DNA of 64,000 bases from Rhynchobatus australiae (GCA_034780895.1 JAUZTB010000076.1:90501038-90565037), one strand, 5' to 3'. Positions 1 through 14,769 are shown, counted from the first letter of the stretch. Notes: a model not told the origin generated them from the letters alone. Program-made: numbers and translations.

Positions 1-689
1 GGCACACTGCTAGTTACTGGATTCCATTCTGAGAAACAGCTTTCAAACCACCACCCCTCTACTTCCTACCTCCAAGCCAATTTGAGTCCTGTTTATGGAG
101 TATTTAAAAATCATAGTTTTCAAATTGATGTGGGGAATCAGAGGAAATCGACAAAATAAACGTCGATTGGAATAAGTTTAAACATCCTCTTTATCAATAA
201 AAGACCCAAGTTGTTTTTATCTTGCAATAAAAGCAACTGATACTAGCAAGTTTGTCTTCAGCTGAAAATTCCAAAATATTTATACAGAATGTTCTCCAGA
301 TAAATGTAGCAATTTCAAAAATGCTGATCAAAGTAGTTTGGAGCATTTACAGTTTTGCTGTGCTCATCAGTCAAATGTCAGGAAGCGGTACTTTGGGTTT
401 GAGATACCAAAACGCCAATTGAATATCGTATGGAGGCACAGAATCCAAAAACAAGCATTGCTTTGTTAATGTACAGAACAACTACAGTATTGTCCTTTTA
501 ATACACAAAACCATAGAGAAACTGGGATAGCCAATACCTCTTAATCCTCCTCAGCTATGCATTAAGATCATGGCTGATGCTCTTTCCTCAAGTTCACTTT
601 TGCTACTTTTACACACAAATCCTCAAAGGACCTCCACAATCCTTTGTGCTGTGGATTTCTGTGGTCTTTCTCCTTTAAAATAGACTTAT

Positions 690-1990
690 CATTCCTTCCA
701 ATATAGATCACGTCATCTCACATTAAACTCCATTTGCCACCCACTCTCTCACACAGTTGTTAGTACTCTCCCAGACAGCTATTAGTATTCTCCTCACCAC
801 TTGCCTTCCCACTCTCGTTTTATCTGCAAATCTGGCTATAGTTCATTTGCTTCTTTCCTCTGAATCAATTATAAGGTANNNNNNNNCAGTCCCATTACAG
901 AATCCCTCCGCTGGTTACAAGCCAGCAATTTGAAAGTGGCTCCCTTATCCCCATTTGCTGCTTTCCACTAATTAAATACTCTATCCATGCTAATATTTTT
1001 GCCTTTATAGTTTTGTGTTGGCTCCAATACCACAAGTTTTTACCTTGCAAAATAACTTTTTGGGTGGTACCTTCTGTGAATATCTTCTGAAAATCCAAAT
1101 ACTTGACATCTATTGATTCCCCTCCATCCAATGTGGTTGAAACATCCTCAAAGAATTCTAATTTGTCAAACATGACTTGTCCTTCATGAAACGATACTGA
1201 CAATGCTTAGTCAGATTGTTCTGCTATTACTTAATAATTGATTCTAATATTATTCCAAGAATGGATGTTAGAACAGCCTATATTTATCCATTTTTGAATA
1301 AAGGTATTCCAGTAACAATTTTCCAATCTTCTAGTACTTCTCCAAAATAAAAGGACTTTTTTTTTTGCAAGATTACAACAACCTTTAGGATCCTAGGACA
1401 CACACCATCATGTCCTGGGGACTTAGTAGCCTTTATCCTCATTAGCTTGTCTTATGTTTAATCCCTCATTTTTTCATATTAGTAGGACGGCTGTACTACC
1501 TTTGCCCTTAACAAATCTGTGTTGGCTTGCCCTAATTAATGACATTATTCCAGATTATTAATCCCAAATCAATGATTGTTAAAGCCTTCCTGCTACTGAG
1601 GTTAAACCAACATGCCTGCAATCGCTAGGCTTGTCCCAACTCCTTTTTCCAAAGGTAGTAACATTCCTCACTCTCCAATACTCTGGCACCAACCCTGCAT
1701 CCAAAGATGCATTGAAAGAATGTTGTCAGTGGCCCTACAGTTTCCTTCCAGACTTCTGAGTTTAAGAATCATTTTAGCCCTGTTGACTTACCTACTTCAC
1801 ATTCAGCCAATAACTCTTAACTATCTTTTCCTTAAACATTGCTTTGGATGCACCTCTTCCTTTAAAACAGATGCAAAGTACTCTTTTACATCTTAAAACT
1901 GTTGGCATCCATGTGCAAATTTCCATTTTTGTCCTCAATAGACCACACTTCTCCATATACTACCTTTTCCTTACTTATATACTTATTTAA
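690..1990 (-). mobile_element. Decayed CR1 LINE fragments
   Basis: LEFFEDV..LDGGESIDVKYLDFQK..ILAWIE..VTSG, a degenerate CR1 reverse-transcriptase core. Confidence 0.75.
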
Positions 1991-4638
1991 CCAAAAAATT
2001 GAATTGAAAATGGTATTGACAGTAGTCTTAATTGGCGACAATAAAATTAGATTTCAACTCAGGGATGCCATAGGAAAAGCTTAATAACTGCAGTATTTTT
2101 TCTAAAATCTTCTGACTGCTATAACTCAAAGATGCACATGAAATGTCTGATCTTGGAATGCAAGCAAATTGAATTTTTTTTTAAACCAGTCAACCTTTCA
2201 AACATCTCCAAAGACTGTCATCTAGCTGCATGGGATTGCCTTAGCTTGGTTCTGTGACATAATATTTCTGGATCAGTGCCAATTCATCCTTGTGCATCTT
2301 TTCTTCATTTACTGACTACTCCATAGCAATCTTTTCTGCAACATTGGGATTGGGCTTCCTCACATCAGCTAAACAATATTTTCTCTAATATTTCAACTCC
2401 ATCTGTTAGATTGTTGAAATGACAAACCAATTCCTTCCAACTAAAGATCAAAACCNNNNNNNNNNNNNNNNNNNNNNNNNNNNNNNNNNNNNNNNNNNNN
2501 NNNNNNNNNNNNNNNNNNNNNNNNNNNNNNNNNNNNNNNNNNNNNNNNNNNNNNNNNNNNNNNNNNNNNNNNNNNNNNNNNNNNNNNNNNNNNNNNNNNN
2601 NNNNNNNNNNNNNNNNNNNNNNNNNNNNNNNNNNNNNNNNNNNNNNNNNNNNNNNNNNNNNNNNNNNNNNNNNNNNNNNNNNNNNNNNNNNNNNNNNNNN
2701 NNNNNNNNNNNNNNNNNNNNNNNNNNNNNNNNNNNNNNNNNNNNNNNNNNNNNNNNNNNNNNNNNNNNNNNNNNNNNNNNNNNNNNNNNNNNNNNNNNNN
2801 NNNNNNNNNNNNNNNNNNNNNNNNNNNNNNNNNNNNNNNNNNNNNNNNNNNNNNNNNNNNNNNNNNNNNNNNNNNNNNNNNNNNNNNNNNNNNNNNNNNN
2901 NNNNNNNNNNNNNNNNNNNNNNNNNNNNNNNNNNNNNNNNNNNNNNNNNNNNNNNNNNNNNNNNNNNNNNNNNNNNNNNNNNNNNNNNNNNNNNNNNNNN
3001 NNNNNNNNNNNNNNNNNNNNNNNNNNNNNNNNNNNNNNNNNNNNNNNNNNNNNNNNNNNNNGTATTACAACTTTTGTCCCCCCTTACAGCTTTGATTTGA
3101 GTACTCTTATGCAAAGTGGTGTTTGATAAAATTAAGCCATTATCATTGAACAATTTCAGGATTAAAGTGCAGAATATTCAGCTTCTAAAATCTCGCTCAT
3201 GGTAGCATTATAAATAGTGCACCCTTCAAATTTTTTCTCAAAACTGGGATGAAGTACACTACTACTTAACAATGGGAACTTTGAAGTCACACAAGCTGCC
3301 CACACAATTCAAAACAAAATGTAGATCCTGATAATCAGAAACAAAATTCTTTAAGCTTAACCCTATTGGAGTCTTTCCTGCCCATATAGTCATCTATTCT
3401 CCAACAAATCAGTTCTGATGAAAAAGGTCATCAAATAAAAATGTTAATTGTTTTGCTTCACAGATGCTGCACTATAGTTCTCCAGTCAAACCTCCACCTC
3501 ATTATTTTGGGGAGTTCTAAATGAACCAAGTACTTATCACAAAGATGGCAAAGCTGGGTAGTTAATGACCAAAAAAGTTAACAACCATAGAAAAGGTATT
3601 CAACTAACTTTCTACAGGTGATGTTAAGGGCACAATGGTGTATCATAAAATGGTGAGGTAGAAAAGAGTTAAATTAAAATTAACTAGACAAACAATTAAA
3701 GATTACCCTTTAAAGTAATAGGATTATAGGACGGTAGAGGCTTTAGAACTCATCCTCACTGCATTTACAAAGCACATTGATATGCACTTGAAATACCATG
3801 ATCTAGATGACAATTGACAAAGAACGCTTTAAGCAGCATACTTGATTGGCACTCCATCCACCACCCTAAAGATTCAATCCCTCTGCCACCATGCAGTGGT
3901 TGCAAAGTATACTTAAGGTTAAAGATACTCCCATAGTACTGTTGGAGAGACTACTGCAGGATTTAGACCCAGCAATACGTTTCCAAGTTATGATGGTATG
4001 TGAAGTGGATGGGAACCTGTAGTGGGGATGTTCTCATCCACCAGCTGCCCTGGTCCTCCTTGGTGACAGAGGTATTAGGTTGGGGAAGTGCTTGGAGTCT
4101 GTGTGAGTAACTGCATTTCAGGAGACAATGATTGCAAGGTACACCATCTCCAAAATACAATCCTCACTCAGACTCCAAATGCACTTCTGTGACTGCTATC
4201 AACAAGATGGACAAGGGTACTACTGCACCACAACACCACCACCTGCAGGTTCTAATCCAAGTCACACACCATCCTAACCCAGAAACATAACTGGCTCTTC
4301 AATGCTGCTCAGTCTAAATCATAGAATACTCTATCCAATGGTACTACGGGAACATTTTTATTGAAGGACTGCAGCAGTCCAAGGCTGCAGCTCACCATCT
4401 TCAAGGACAATTTGGAAAAAAGGTAGCATATTTACTGTGCCAGCAACACCCAGAATACAGAAAATGTATTGAATTGGAAGGTGGAACTTAGCTGGATAGT
4501 AGATACCACAAAAATAACGTAAACTTGATTTGATGATGTTCCCCTCTCTTCCTCAACTAACTAGGAAACACAATTACCCACGAGGAAGTACAGATATCCC
4601 TTATATTACAGCATAAACAAAAGGTAGCTTATTATTAC

Positions 4639-4770
4639 CCGACTTTGATCACATGCAGAAGTGCTCATCTCAGAGGCCGAAACACTTGCAGTTGGAGTCT
4701 GACCTATTGAAGCTATCTTCTCCGCAGCAGATATTGGTTTGACTGGTTCTTTGGTGGGTTCTAACATGCC
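4639..4770 (-). CDS. AFTPH: Aftiphilin coding exon (GMLEPTKEPVKPISAAEKIASIGQ...DQSR)
   Basis: 132 nt, tttgttttag acceptor and gtaata donor. Matches the recalled GMLEPTKEPLKPLSAAEKIASIGQ. Confidence 0.92.
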
Positions 4771-6013
4771 CTAAAACAAACAAGAACAATTTAAAGCATA
4801 CCCTAAAAATACAATTTATATGCTTGTGGCATAAAGGCAGTAGGAATGAGCGAGAACTTAGTTCTATAGTGAAAGTATTGGTGCAGCCAACATTTGATAA
4901 TCCAATTCAGCAATATCTCATAAAACTTACCTTTTACATTTTTAAACAAATGAATAAAAAAAAAATCAATCATTGGTAACAAATGCAAATTGCACAAAAA
5001 CACTGAAAATGCTGGGAATACCAAGCAGGTCAGACCGAATTAATTAAGATAAAAACAGTTAACCTTTCAGGTAAATGCATTTTCATTAGAACTAAAATGA
5101 CGTGTTACTGGAATCAAGAGTTTTAATGGATAACTTCACAAAAATTTGCACCATGAAGCAATTCACCTCAGGTGATAGTCATTTTTTTTTAAAATGTTTT
5201 CTTAATTTACAACAAATGTATTAGAGTGTTACATTGAATGTTTTCACATTGGTGCCTACACCCAGTAAATGAAATGCATTACTTCAACAATAGTGGTCAG
5301 GATTTTGTAACTGTTTGGTGCTCAGTTTAAATCTGATACCTTCTACAAGAATGTGACATGTTCAAGAATAGGGAAGGCAGTAGGCATACTTGTGATCTGA
5401 GCAAAAATTTGCAAGCACAAAACAGGAAGAAAATAGGCAAGAACATAAATCACATTAAAGTAAAAAACAGACAGGACACAAACATCAGAAAAGCATATCA
5501 CAACAAAAATATAATATTTTACCGAACAACTGTTTGCTGGAGACCCAACACTTGCAAAATGTGTTTTACAAGACTAGAGTATTGAGCTGCAATAACCTAC
5601 CACATGTTTAAAAACCTCATCGTTCCTGATTGAAAGGTCCACTTTGACGTTGCTTTACAATGTGGGAATTTTGTGTAAATAGTTTAAGTGCACAATGCAA
5701 ACATAAATGACCATTGCTGTCCTTGCATTTCTAATGCTAATACATATGCAAAGACTGCAATTATAAATACATTGTTTAGAGGAACATGGTATCACTGATA
5801 GCAACTTATGTATTTCCATATTTCACAGCCCATATGCACACCTGAAGTAGCTGGTAGTTTATTAAAAGTGCTTACAGTCCCGCCATTAATAAAATGTTCT
5901 CAATGTTTGCCAAAAATTACTGTCAAAATCAAAATTACACAACACCAACTTTGACTAATACAGGCAAAGCTTATATATCAGTGACCCAAATGCTTTTAAA
6001 AATGTGAACTTAC

Positions 6014-6070
6014 CAAACCAGATGCATAAGCAGGAACTATAACAGGCTGTTTCCTTTGCCCAGTAAACAA
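6014..6070 (-). CDS. AFTPH: Aftiphilin coding exon (LFTGQRKQPVIVPAYASGL)
   Basis: 57 nt, ttctaaag acceptor and gtaagt donor, phase 0-0. Matches the recalled LFTGNKKQPVIVPMYAAGL. Confidence 0.92.
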
Positions 6071-6732
6071 CTTTAGAAACAAAATAAACGTATACATCGT
6101 TAAGTATAACACTGAAGCAACACAGGATAATCATAAATCTAATACTGATGAATTAGCTTACAAATTCTATACAAGTTCCATAATGTACAGAAAGCAGGTA
6201 TTTTATAACTAGCAAGTGTCACACAAATTGCTAATTTACAATTAGCACCTAGTCCCATCAGTTGAACTCAATATTGGCAATTTGCTGCCCAATACATTGG
6301 GCTCATACCAAGGATTGAGATCGTAATCCAAATTGAAACTTCAGAGAAGTACCTTGAACTACCATACTCCCAAAAGTGTCAAAAGCTAAACGGGCATTTA
6401 ATTTGCTGGGTAATTGCCTGTTCTAGTGGTTAATTCAACATATGGGCAGGGGAGTTCTCCTCTTAAAAATGAAATGATTGTTCTTCTCATCATTGTTAAT
6501 GGGACATTGCTGCTGTATAATGACTCATTTGATTATACTAACTGTCACTGAAGAAAGTGAACATTAAAAATGCAATTGTTTGTGAACAAAAGGAGCTGCA
6601 CACACAGAACTCATTTTTCTTCATCTAATATATGCTGTTTGCCTATGACAAAAACAATAGATCCCAAGCAATCCATAGCACAAGCCATGCATAATAAACA
6701 AGTGAACTAAAACCACAAAGACCAGGACTTAC

Positions 6733-6859
6733 TATGTTTCGGGTATCAATTCCCAGGGAAATCAGAAGCTTTTTGTTGCTGTGGGAACCACCCCACTGGT
6801 ACCTCAGGCCATGAGCATCTTCCACATCTTGTAGCTCAGTCCACACAGCCAACAACTCC
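6733..6859 (-). CDS. AFTPH: Aftiphilin coding exon (ELLAVWTELQDVEDAHGLRYQWGGSHSNKKLLISLGIDTRNI)
   Basis: Conserved aftiphilin C-terminal domain with the YQW motif. ttgtgcag acceptor and gtaagt donor; 127 nt, phase consistent with the neighbouring exons. Confidence 0.95.
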
Positions 6860-7165
6860 CTGCACAACCAAAAGGAATCATAAGACTGATCGACATAATG
6901 TGACTCAGTACACTAACTGTTGCTTTTCTTTACATCATTTATAAATTGATTTCTTTCACAGCTTACAACATAAATAGGTTTTAGCATATAGAATTATTAC
7001 ATAATTCAAAGCAGAGTACATTTGGCAAAACAAAATTTTGGTTGTCACATACAACTCTGAAATTNNNNNNNNNNNNNNNNAGCCTCCATTAATAAAATGA
7101 ATCACCTTCAAAACCAACTTTAAATGAACTTAATCTTCCACCTTGTGTACTGTCTGCAGCCTTAC

Positions 7166-7311
7166 CCATTGTTTGCCTGGACCTCCTCTCCTTCCCCAAA
7201 TCCAGACTGCAAAAGCTGTCTCAGAGAAGAGACTTCTCCTTCATTTATCTTTAGTACTGGCACAGGAGGAAAACACGTTTGGAATATGCGACCCAGGCGG
7301 TTTAGAAGGAC
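7166..7311 (-). CDS. AFTPH: Aftiphilin coding exon (VLLNRLGRIFQTCFPP...QANNG)
   Basis: tttaatgcag acceptor and gtaagg donor; 146 nt, phase 0 to 2. Resembles the recalled aftiphilin LLNRLERIFEACFP. Not shown in the ORF track. Confidence 0.9.
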
Positions 7312-9134
7312 CTGCATTAAACAGGCAACAACATGTAATAGTTTAACTATTTTTTTCCAATTCTAACCACTACAAAAAAAAGTCAAATTTAATGAGAACA
7401 CATAACAGAATGGCAGCCTTGCAGGACCAAAAGCTTTAATGGATCATTACTACAACCTGCTAGTTTTTTAAAAGGTTTGTTCACACTTTGCTCCTTTCTA
7501 ATAAGGATCTATCCCTCCTACTCAGTGTTCCCTCCACTAACAATGGGAGGACAAGTTCAACAGGTGAAGACCAGCTCAGGTGTCCCCGGTCAACATTATC
7601 CACAAAAGAGAAACATCACACAGAAGTAGTCAAGGGAGGGAGCACAGAGTGATGAGATATTTTCAAGAATCCAAAACAGGACCAAAGGATTGAAACCACC
7701 TGTAAAGCTTTGCCTTAGCATGCAACACCAGCACTGAAATCATATCAAAAGAATAGCTTTGCCTCCAAAGTGGAGAAAATATGAATTCAGCTAGTTAGGC
7801 TCTACTATATTCATTTTCCCCCAATCGTTGTATTCTGAGCAAACAGGCTTAGATTTTGTAGTCAGTAGCAAAGACATGTTTACCACATATCTGAAAGGAA
7901 GCAGCCCACAAAAGTCTAGTGACCTCTATGCTGTCATTCTTCTGAGATCTGCTGTTGCTGACTCTAATTCAGTGGGATCTCTGGCATTCAGCAACTATGA
8001 GGTCAGAAAGCAGCCAGCTGTAATAAAAATTGTTCTCTGACAGCAAACCAGGAAAAGGGCAAAGCATAACTTAAGCAATATTTTAACCATTTTACACAGT
8101 GCAAATGAAAGATTGAAAGATGCATTAAGCTGAAACATCCAGCTTTTTAAATTAATTTGGAATCCAATGAATTTTGAAATATGTATGAGAGAGATTTACA
8201 ATCCATATACACTTTTTAAAAAGGGGTCCGGAGTCTGCCAATTAGTATTAACAATTTTGTATTCCATTAAAAGTTCTCACAGCACAAAGTGCAACATTTC
8301 TATGGTGCATTACAGTAAAAAAAGTTTGGAAATCTCAGGTTTTGGTCAATCAACTAATTTCAGGANNNNNNNNNNNNNNNNNNNNNNNNNNNNNNNNNNN
8401 NNNNNNNNNNNNNNNNNNNNNNNNNNNNNNNNNNNNNNNNNNNNNNNNNNNNNNNNNNNNNNNNNCAACTAATTTCAGGAGCAGTGAGCCATAACATCAT
8501 TTCACTGTATACATGCATATAGCAGAAACTCATCGATTTCACAGTATAATGACAATGAACGATGGCACATGTGCAGTCACCGCAAATACAAAATCAAAGG
8601 CATTATTTAAAGATATATTAGAGGACTTGCACAGATCTGGCTGTTTCACAGCATTCATTAAAAAGAACACATAGCAATTAAATATGGAATCAGCATGAAA
8701 AATGAAATGAGCAAATACCAACAGGCAAATGCCGATGCAAGCTAGTTGCCCAACAATCGCTACATTAAAGCAGAAAAGCCTCAGTGAAGCCTGTGGGGCG
8801 CCACAAGGAATATAATCAAATAACGTGGGTGGGCAAGACTACACAAAAAGTGATCATAAGCACTTCAGATGGCAAAGCCAGAGACAATCTTGCATCAATT
8901 TTGACATGACAACTAATGGCAAAAGTACTCAGTCTTGTTAAATTTGCTGAGGTTTCCTCACAAACACCTGGGGAGGTGTCACATAGATCAGTTCAGCAAC
9001 AGCCCAAAAGAGCTCCACCCCCAAAAGTACACCAGGCAGATAACATAACAGCCTTCACAATCCCTTGGTATGTCCTGTCCCATGGACAAGAAGGAGGTGG
9101 CACCGAGTAGCCCTTGCACTTAAGATTTAAGCAT

Positions 9135-9525
9135 GGACTGGTAGCGTAGCAGTTAGCATGACGCTATTACAGCGCCAGTGATCAGGGTTCGATTCCCACT
9201 GTCTGTAAGGAGTTTGTAAGTTCTCCCGTGTCTGCGTGGGTTTCCTCTGGGTGCTCCGNNNNNNNNNNNNNNNNNNNNNNNNNNNNNNNNNNNNNNNNNN
9301 NNNNNNNNNNNNNNNNNNNNNNNNNNNNNNNNNNNNNNNNNNNNNNNNNNNNNNNNNNCTGTAAGGAGTTTGTAAGTTCTCCCGTGTCTGCGTGGGTTTC
9401 CTCTGGGTGCTCCGGTTTCCTCCCACATTCTAAAAGATGTACAGGTAGGTTAATAGGGGGTTTAAAATGGGCAGCGCAGACTCGTTGGGCTGGAAGGGCC
9501 TGTTACTATGCTGTAAATAAAATTT
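9135..9525 (+). mobile_element. tRNA-derived V-SINE
   Basis: A/B-box-like head (ggtagcgtagcagttagc..ggttcgattccc) and V domain gtctgcgtgggtttcctctgggtgctccggtttcctcccaca. Confidence 0.85.
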
Positions 9526-9549
9526 AAAGTCTCATGACATCAGATCCAA

Positions 9550-11880
9550 TAGGGCAAGGAAACCATAGTCCATGACAATCTATTACTCTTCCTCAGTTAA
9601 TGAATCAGTGCTCCTCCATGTCGAGCAGCACCTGGCAGAAGCATTGAAAGAGCACACAATGTTCTGCATGGGAAGGAGGGAGAGGGTTTTGATATCTATC
9701 AACAGGAGTTGCCTCAAACTGAGTTAGCTGCAGATGGTAAGCAAAGTGACAAGGAATAAATCTCCAACCTTATTCTCACCAATCTACCTGTGGTAGGTCA
9801 TTTGTCCACAAATGGAAGTGACCAGCACAGATTTTATACCAAGAACACCAGTCATCGTGTACATGGCATTATAATTCTGCTAATTAAGAGACTCAGAACA
9901 AATCTGGCAGTTCAAAATTGGGCATCCATGAGGCACTGTGGACCATTAAGAGTAGCAGCAGTAATGTAGAGTGGCAAACTGTAACCTCATGGTTAGCATA
10001 TTCCTCAATCCACCATTACTTTCAAGTCATGGGATCAACACTGGTTAATTAGTACAGAAGAGCAGGCCGGGGGCAAAACCAGGGATATCTCAATAAAAAA
10101 AGGACAACTTGGAGAAGCTGCAATACATTTCAAATTGTGCTTACAACACAAACAGCATTGAATAGACAGATGATCCCACAATCAAACAGATCAAAGCTCT
10201 GCAGTCCTGCCACATCTCATCTTGATTGGTGGTGGTCAATTCTGAAAAAAAAATGGAGCAGGCTCCAAGAACATCTCCATCCTCAATACTGGCACTGTCT
10301 AGCACACATGCTAAAGACTCAAACATTGGCAATCATGCTCAGCTAGAGGTGCCAAATAGATGATCTCTCTCNNNNNNNNNNNNNNNNNNNNNNNNNNNNN
10401 NNNNNNNNNNNNNNNNNNNNNNNNNNNNNNNNNNNNNNNNNNNNNNNNNNNNNNNNNNNNNNNNNNNNNNNNNNNNNNNNNNNNNNNNNNNNNNNNNNNN
10501 NNNNNNNNNNNNNNNNNNNNNNNNNNNNNNNNNNNNNNNNNNNNNNNNNNNNNNNNNNNNNNNNNNNNNNNNNNNNNNNNNNNNNNNNNNNNNNNNNNNN
10601 NNNNNNNNNNNNNNNNNNNNNNNNNNNNNNNNNNNNNNNNNNNNNNNNNNNNNNNNNNNNNNNNNNNNNNNNNNNNNNNNNNNNNNNNNNNNNNNNNNNN
10701 NNNNNNNNNNNNNNNNNNNNNNNNNNNNNNNNNNNNNNNNNNNNNNNNNNNNNNNNNNNNNNNNNNNNNNNNNNNNNNNNNNNNNNNNNNNACCATTCTT
10801 AACACAAAGGAATATTTGACAAAGGGTGGCAACAAGGATCCCTGGTAAAACTGAAGCCAATAGGCAAAGAGAAACTACTCAGCAACATAATAATTCTGAG
10901 TAGACCATTGAGCTCCTCGTACCTGCTGTCATTCATCACCATGGCAGACCTTTTACCTCAGTGCTAGTTTGCTGCACTAACCCTATATCCCTCAATTCCC
11001 TTAATATTTAAATTTTATCTCATTGGATATATTGGTATCATAACTTGCACAAAGATGCTTCTGTGTTTTGTAGGTCCATCACCCCAGCTCCAGGATTTGA
11101 CTGCAGGAGTTAAGTGCAACCACCTTTAATTGCTCCAATGATCTTCCTTCCACGATAAGAGCAAGTGGGACTACAAGAGACTGCAGATGCTGGAGGAACT
11201 CAGATCAGGCAGCATCTATGGAGCAAAATGGACAGCTAACATTTCAGGTCAAGACCCTTCATCCAAACTGACAGAGGGGAGATAGCCAATATAAAAAGGA
11301 GGAGGGAAGGGCTGAAGCAAGAGGTGGCAGGTGATAGGTGGATCCAGGTGAGGGGAGTGATAGGCAGATGAGAGAGGCAGTGGTGTGGGAATGATATCAG
11401 AAGCTGGGAAGCAATAGGTGGAAATGACAAAGGTCTAAAGACCACTGACCAGAAACTTAACTGGACAGGTCACAAGAATAAGGTGGCAACAAGAGCAGAT
11501 CAAAGGCTAGAAATCCTGCAGCAAGCAAGTCAGCTCCTCAAGCACTAACCATCTGCAGAGAAGTGAGGAGAGTGATTGAATAGTTTCCACTTGCTTGAAC
11601 GAGTCCAGCTCCATCAAAATTCAAGTTCTACGCTGGGAACAAAGCAGCCACCTTGACTGTCACCCTGTTCATCATTCTAAACATTCATTCCCTTCACCAC
11701 AGGTGCAGTGTACTGCAGTTATCATCTGGGATATTACAGAAATCATGATCTCTACCAACAAGGTGGTCAGGTGTAGCAGGTATGTGGAAACACCATCTGC
11801 ATGCCCAAATCACACATTACTGTAACTTGGAAATATACTGCTATTACTTCATCCTCAATGGGTCAAAATCCCTGCAACCG
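9550..11880 (+). mobile_element. Heavily decayed non-LTR retrotransposon fragments
   Basis: Tail motif (aaagcagcc..ttgac..cacc..aaacattcattccct..accac) is shared with 3830-4450 and 18400-18480. The family could not be assigned. Confidence 0.45.
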
Positions 11881-12939
11881 TTTCTAAATTCTAAACTTTG
11901 TACAACAAGAATGAAGGCTTAACTGTACACTCAGTCCTTGTAGTGAATTGAAAACAAGTTGCCATAAAGGGATCAAAGACAGTGGAATATAGGATTCAAC
12001 ATTTTTATTTAGTCATGTCGGTGGTAAATCCTTAAATTTTGCAAGGCTTCAATCAGTATCTGAGTTTGCTGTCCGTTAATAATTCAGTGGTAATGGAAAA
12101 CTACGCTTACTGCTCAACAAAAAGGGTCAGGTAGCAAAGAGACAAAGACATATAATACGTTGTATGAGCAACTTAGTATCCAAATATTCCATTCTTCAAT
12201 ACTATATGCCATTTCAATTAATAACAGACATATACACAGATTACAAATTTTGCTCTAACATACAAATCAAGTTTCACCCACTTTAGAGATCATACGAAAT
12301 AGGTTATTAACCATTGATATAGAGACAGCCTCTCAAATTTGATGTGAAAAAAGGACTTTACCCATTTGATCAAAAATTCAGTATATTTAAGAGGATACTG
12401 CTCAAATTGGGAATATCACTGATCTTCTGGTGTTGACCTAGGTCAAACACAATCTAGGTCGAGGATACCCAAATCCTATGGTTAATTGATGAAAATTCAC
12501 AATGCAATTATTTTATTATTATTGGATACCAACTTATGTTTCCTAAATTACAAAAATAAACTTGAAAAGCAAAACATTTTAAACCACTGCAGCAGTGGAT
12601 CACAAACTGACACTGTGCATTTAAGAAATCTTCAACACAGGATAATATAGGCCAGCAAAAAAAAAAATCCCACCAGCTGCAAGGACAGGTAGGAGGTTCT
12701 AAGACAGCAAAATGTCATACTGTACAGAACAAAGGCTGTACTCTCAGTGATGCCAAGTTTTGGCTGAGACATTAAGTCCCAAATGCCAGTTAATTTAGAT
12801 CCAAACAATACCACAATATTATTCGAAGTGGGTACTCCTGTCCTGAACAATTACACATACACCAGGAATGTTAAGAAACAATAGTGCCAAGAGGGCAAGA
12901 AATTTTAACGCACAATTCTTGTTAAGTCACATTCAGCAC

Positions 12940-13240
12940 CTTGAGTACAAAAAATTGGGATTCATTCTTTAGTACAGGGAGTACTGGATTCCTGGAGGTG
13001 CCATCTTTCAAATAAAACATTAAACAGAGGCTCCCTGCAGTCTTCTCAAGTAGATGCAAAAGATCCAACAGCACTATTTTCAGGAGCAGGGAGTGATGAC
13101 CAGATCAAAAACAAAAAAATCCTTAATCAGCACCACAAATCAACACATCATTCTTATTCAGGGGAGATGGGTGTGCATAGATTGGCTACTCTACTTTCTA
13201 CATACAAAGTAATTCTACTTGAAGTACTTGATTAGTTATA
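12940..13240 (+). mobile_element. Deu-domain SINE (SacSINE/AmnSINE-like)
   Basis: ggaggtgccatcttt..aacattaaacagaggc..aaaagatcc..gcactattt..gagcaggg. Related copies lie near 50080-50240 (-), 51680-51930, 57615-57860 and 60480-60710 (-). Confidence 0.7.
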
Positions 13241-14009
13241 AAAACACAATTTTTTAAAAAGTAATTTGTTACTAAGCCAGAGATGATAAAGCTTTGGGGC
13301 CCATCTTAAAAGGAGGAAGAGTTAAGAGGCAGAGGGGTTTGGGGAGAAGTCTTTGGCAGCTGAAAGCACATGGCGATTTAATTTGGGAAAGTTCAAGAGA
13401 CCAAAAATTGGAAAAGTATTCATCTCCGAGGGTTGTATGGTTCAATGAAACAGGAAGCAAATGGAGGGGAAGAGACAATGGAGGAACTTAAGCAGTGTAA
13501 TTTATTAATTATTTAACCGACACCAGCATGAGACTTGTGTACAATGTAGGGCAACATTTACAATGAATAGACTGAGAAGTGGATTGGAATAATCAAGTCT
13601 TGAGTTAAAGAGATGAAAGAATATTGCAGCAGATCAGTTAAGAGTTGCAAGGTCAAGCTATGTTACAGAAATGGAAGTAGGCAATCTTAGTGCTGACAAG
13701 TTTCAAAGTCTGGTTCAGCCATATAATTACAAGATAGAGGGATAGTGATGAAAAGTAATGGAGACAACAGCTACATTCTACCAAATACATTGTTGGAAAA
13801 TATTTCCATACATCCATTACTCAACAACCAAAACATTCAAGATAATTTCGGGAAAATGAAGGTGTGGAGAAGGGCAGTGTTGTTGAGGTTCAGTACTATC
13901 AAAGGAGAAGAGTAATACTATTTCCCAATGTCATTAAAAGAGCATCAGAATAGGCAATGCAGATGTGGAAAGAAAAGCCAGTGCATGTGATTCTTTTTCT
14001 CTCTTTTTC

Positions 14010-14390
14010 AATCTTTTTTTAATTAGTTTTCAAATCAATACAAATTGGTATATAGCATCAAAGTTCATACGTGTATTACAGAGATCTGGATATCACTCAA
14101 GTCTTAGATAATCATACAGAATATAAAAAACAAGGTCCAACGATCTCTTAGTTAATGAATAGAGTATAAAAAGGAAAGAAAAAGATTTATTATAAATATA
14201 AAAAAAGAAAAAGAAACCCAAAATCAATATAAAATATTAGAAACAATGTAAACTGAACTAAGCAAACAAAAATAAAAAGGAAGAAAAACTGGGCAAAATT
14301 TCTCAATAGAAACAGAGCAATATTAAGTCGTCAACTCCATTCCTCTAAATTAAAAGGTTATTGAAGGGGGATCTACATCATGTGAAGTGA
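14010..14390 (-). mobile_element. Probable L1-like LINE 3' fragment
   Basis: Composition resembles the 28.6 kb L1-like tail (T-rich start, A-rich body). Confidence 0.45.
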
Positions 14391-14769
14391 TTCTATCGAC
14401 AACTGGCTAAAGAAATGCAACCAGATGAGAGGAATCCATCCAACTGGACAACAATGGAGAAGTACAAGAAATTTGTTATTGTTGCTGTATCAAAGCTTGC
14501 ACAAATGTTTAAAAAAGTTTACCTTACTCATTGACGCAGATGTCTCCTGTGTCTGTGATAAGCTGCTGCTCTGGAAGAGTGGAAATCTGACTGTAGTAAT
14601 TTAAATATGGAATGAGGGAGAATGAGGTGGATCTCATGGACAAGATGAATAAGGACAGGGCATAAGAGGAGATAGGAGGCAAGTTCAGGCTTTCAGCAAA
14701 GGAGGAAGTTTTACCTGATGGACTCTAGAGAAAAACAGATTGATTAGATGGTTAGAATATCAGCAAGAA

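Noticed and set aside
2100-2455. Coding-like sequence beside the first large gap
   Set aside because: Stops in the minus-strand frames I read and no recognisable motif.
1-4600. Remaining 3' AFTPH exons (QFDWSSSGL, VDPELYELT, LPDL.FM)
   Set aside because: Not found by eye; they probably lie beyond the window start or inside the 2456-3061 gap.
9140-9200. tRNA-like sequence with A and B boxes
   Set aside because: It is the head of a V-SINE, not a complete cloverleaf.
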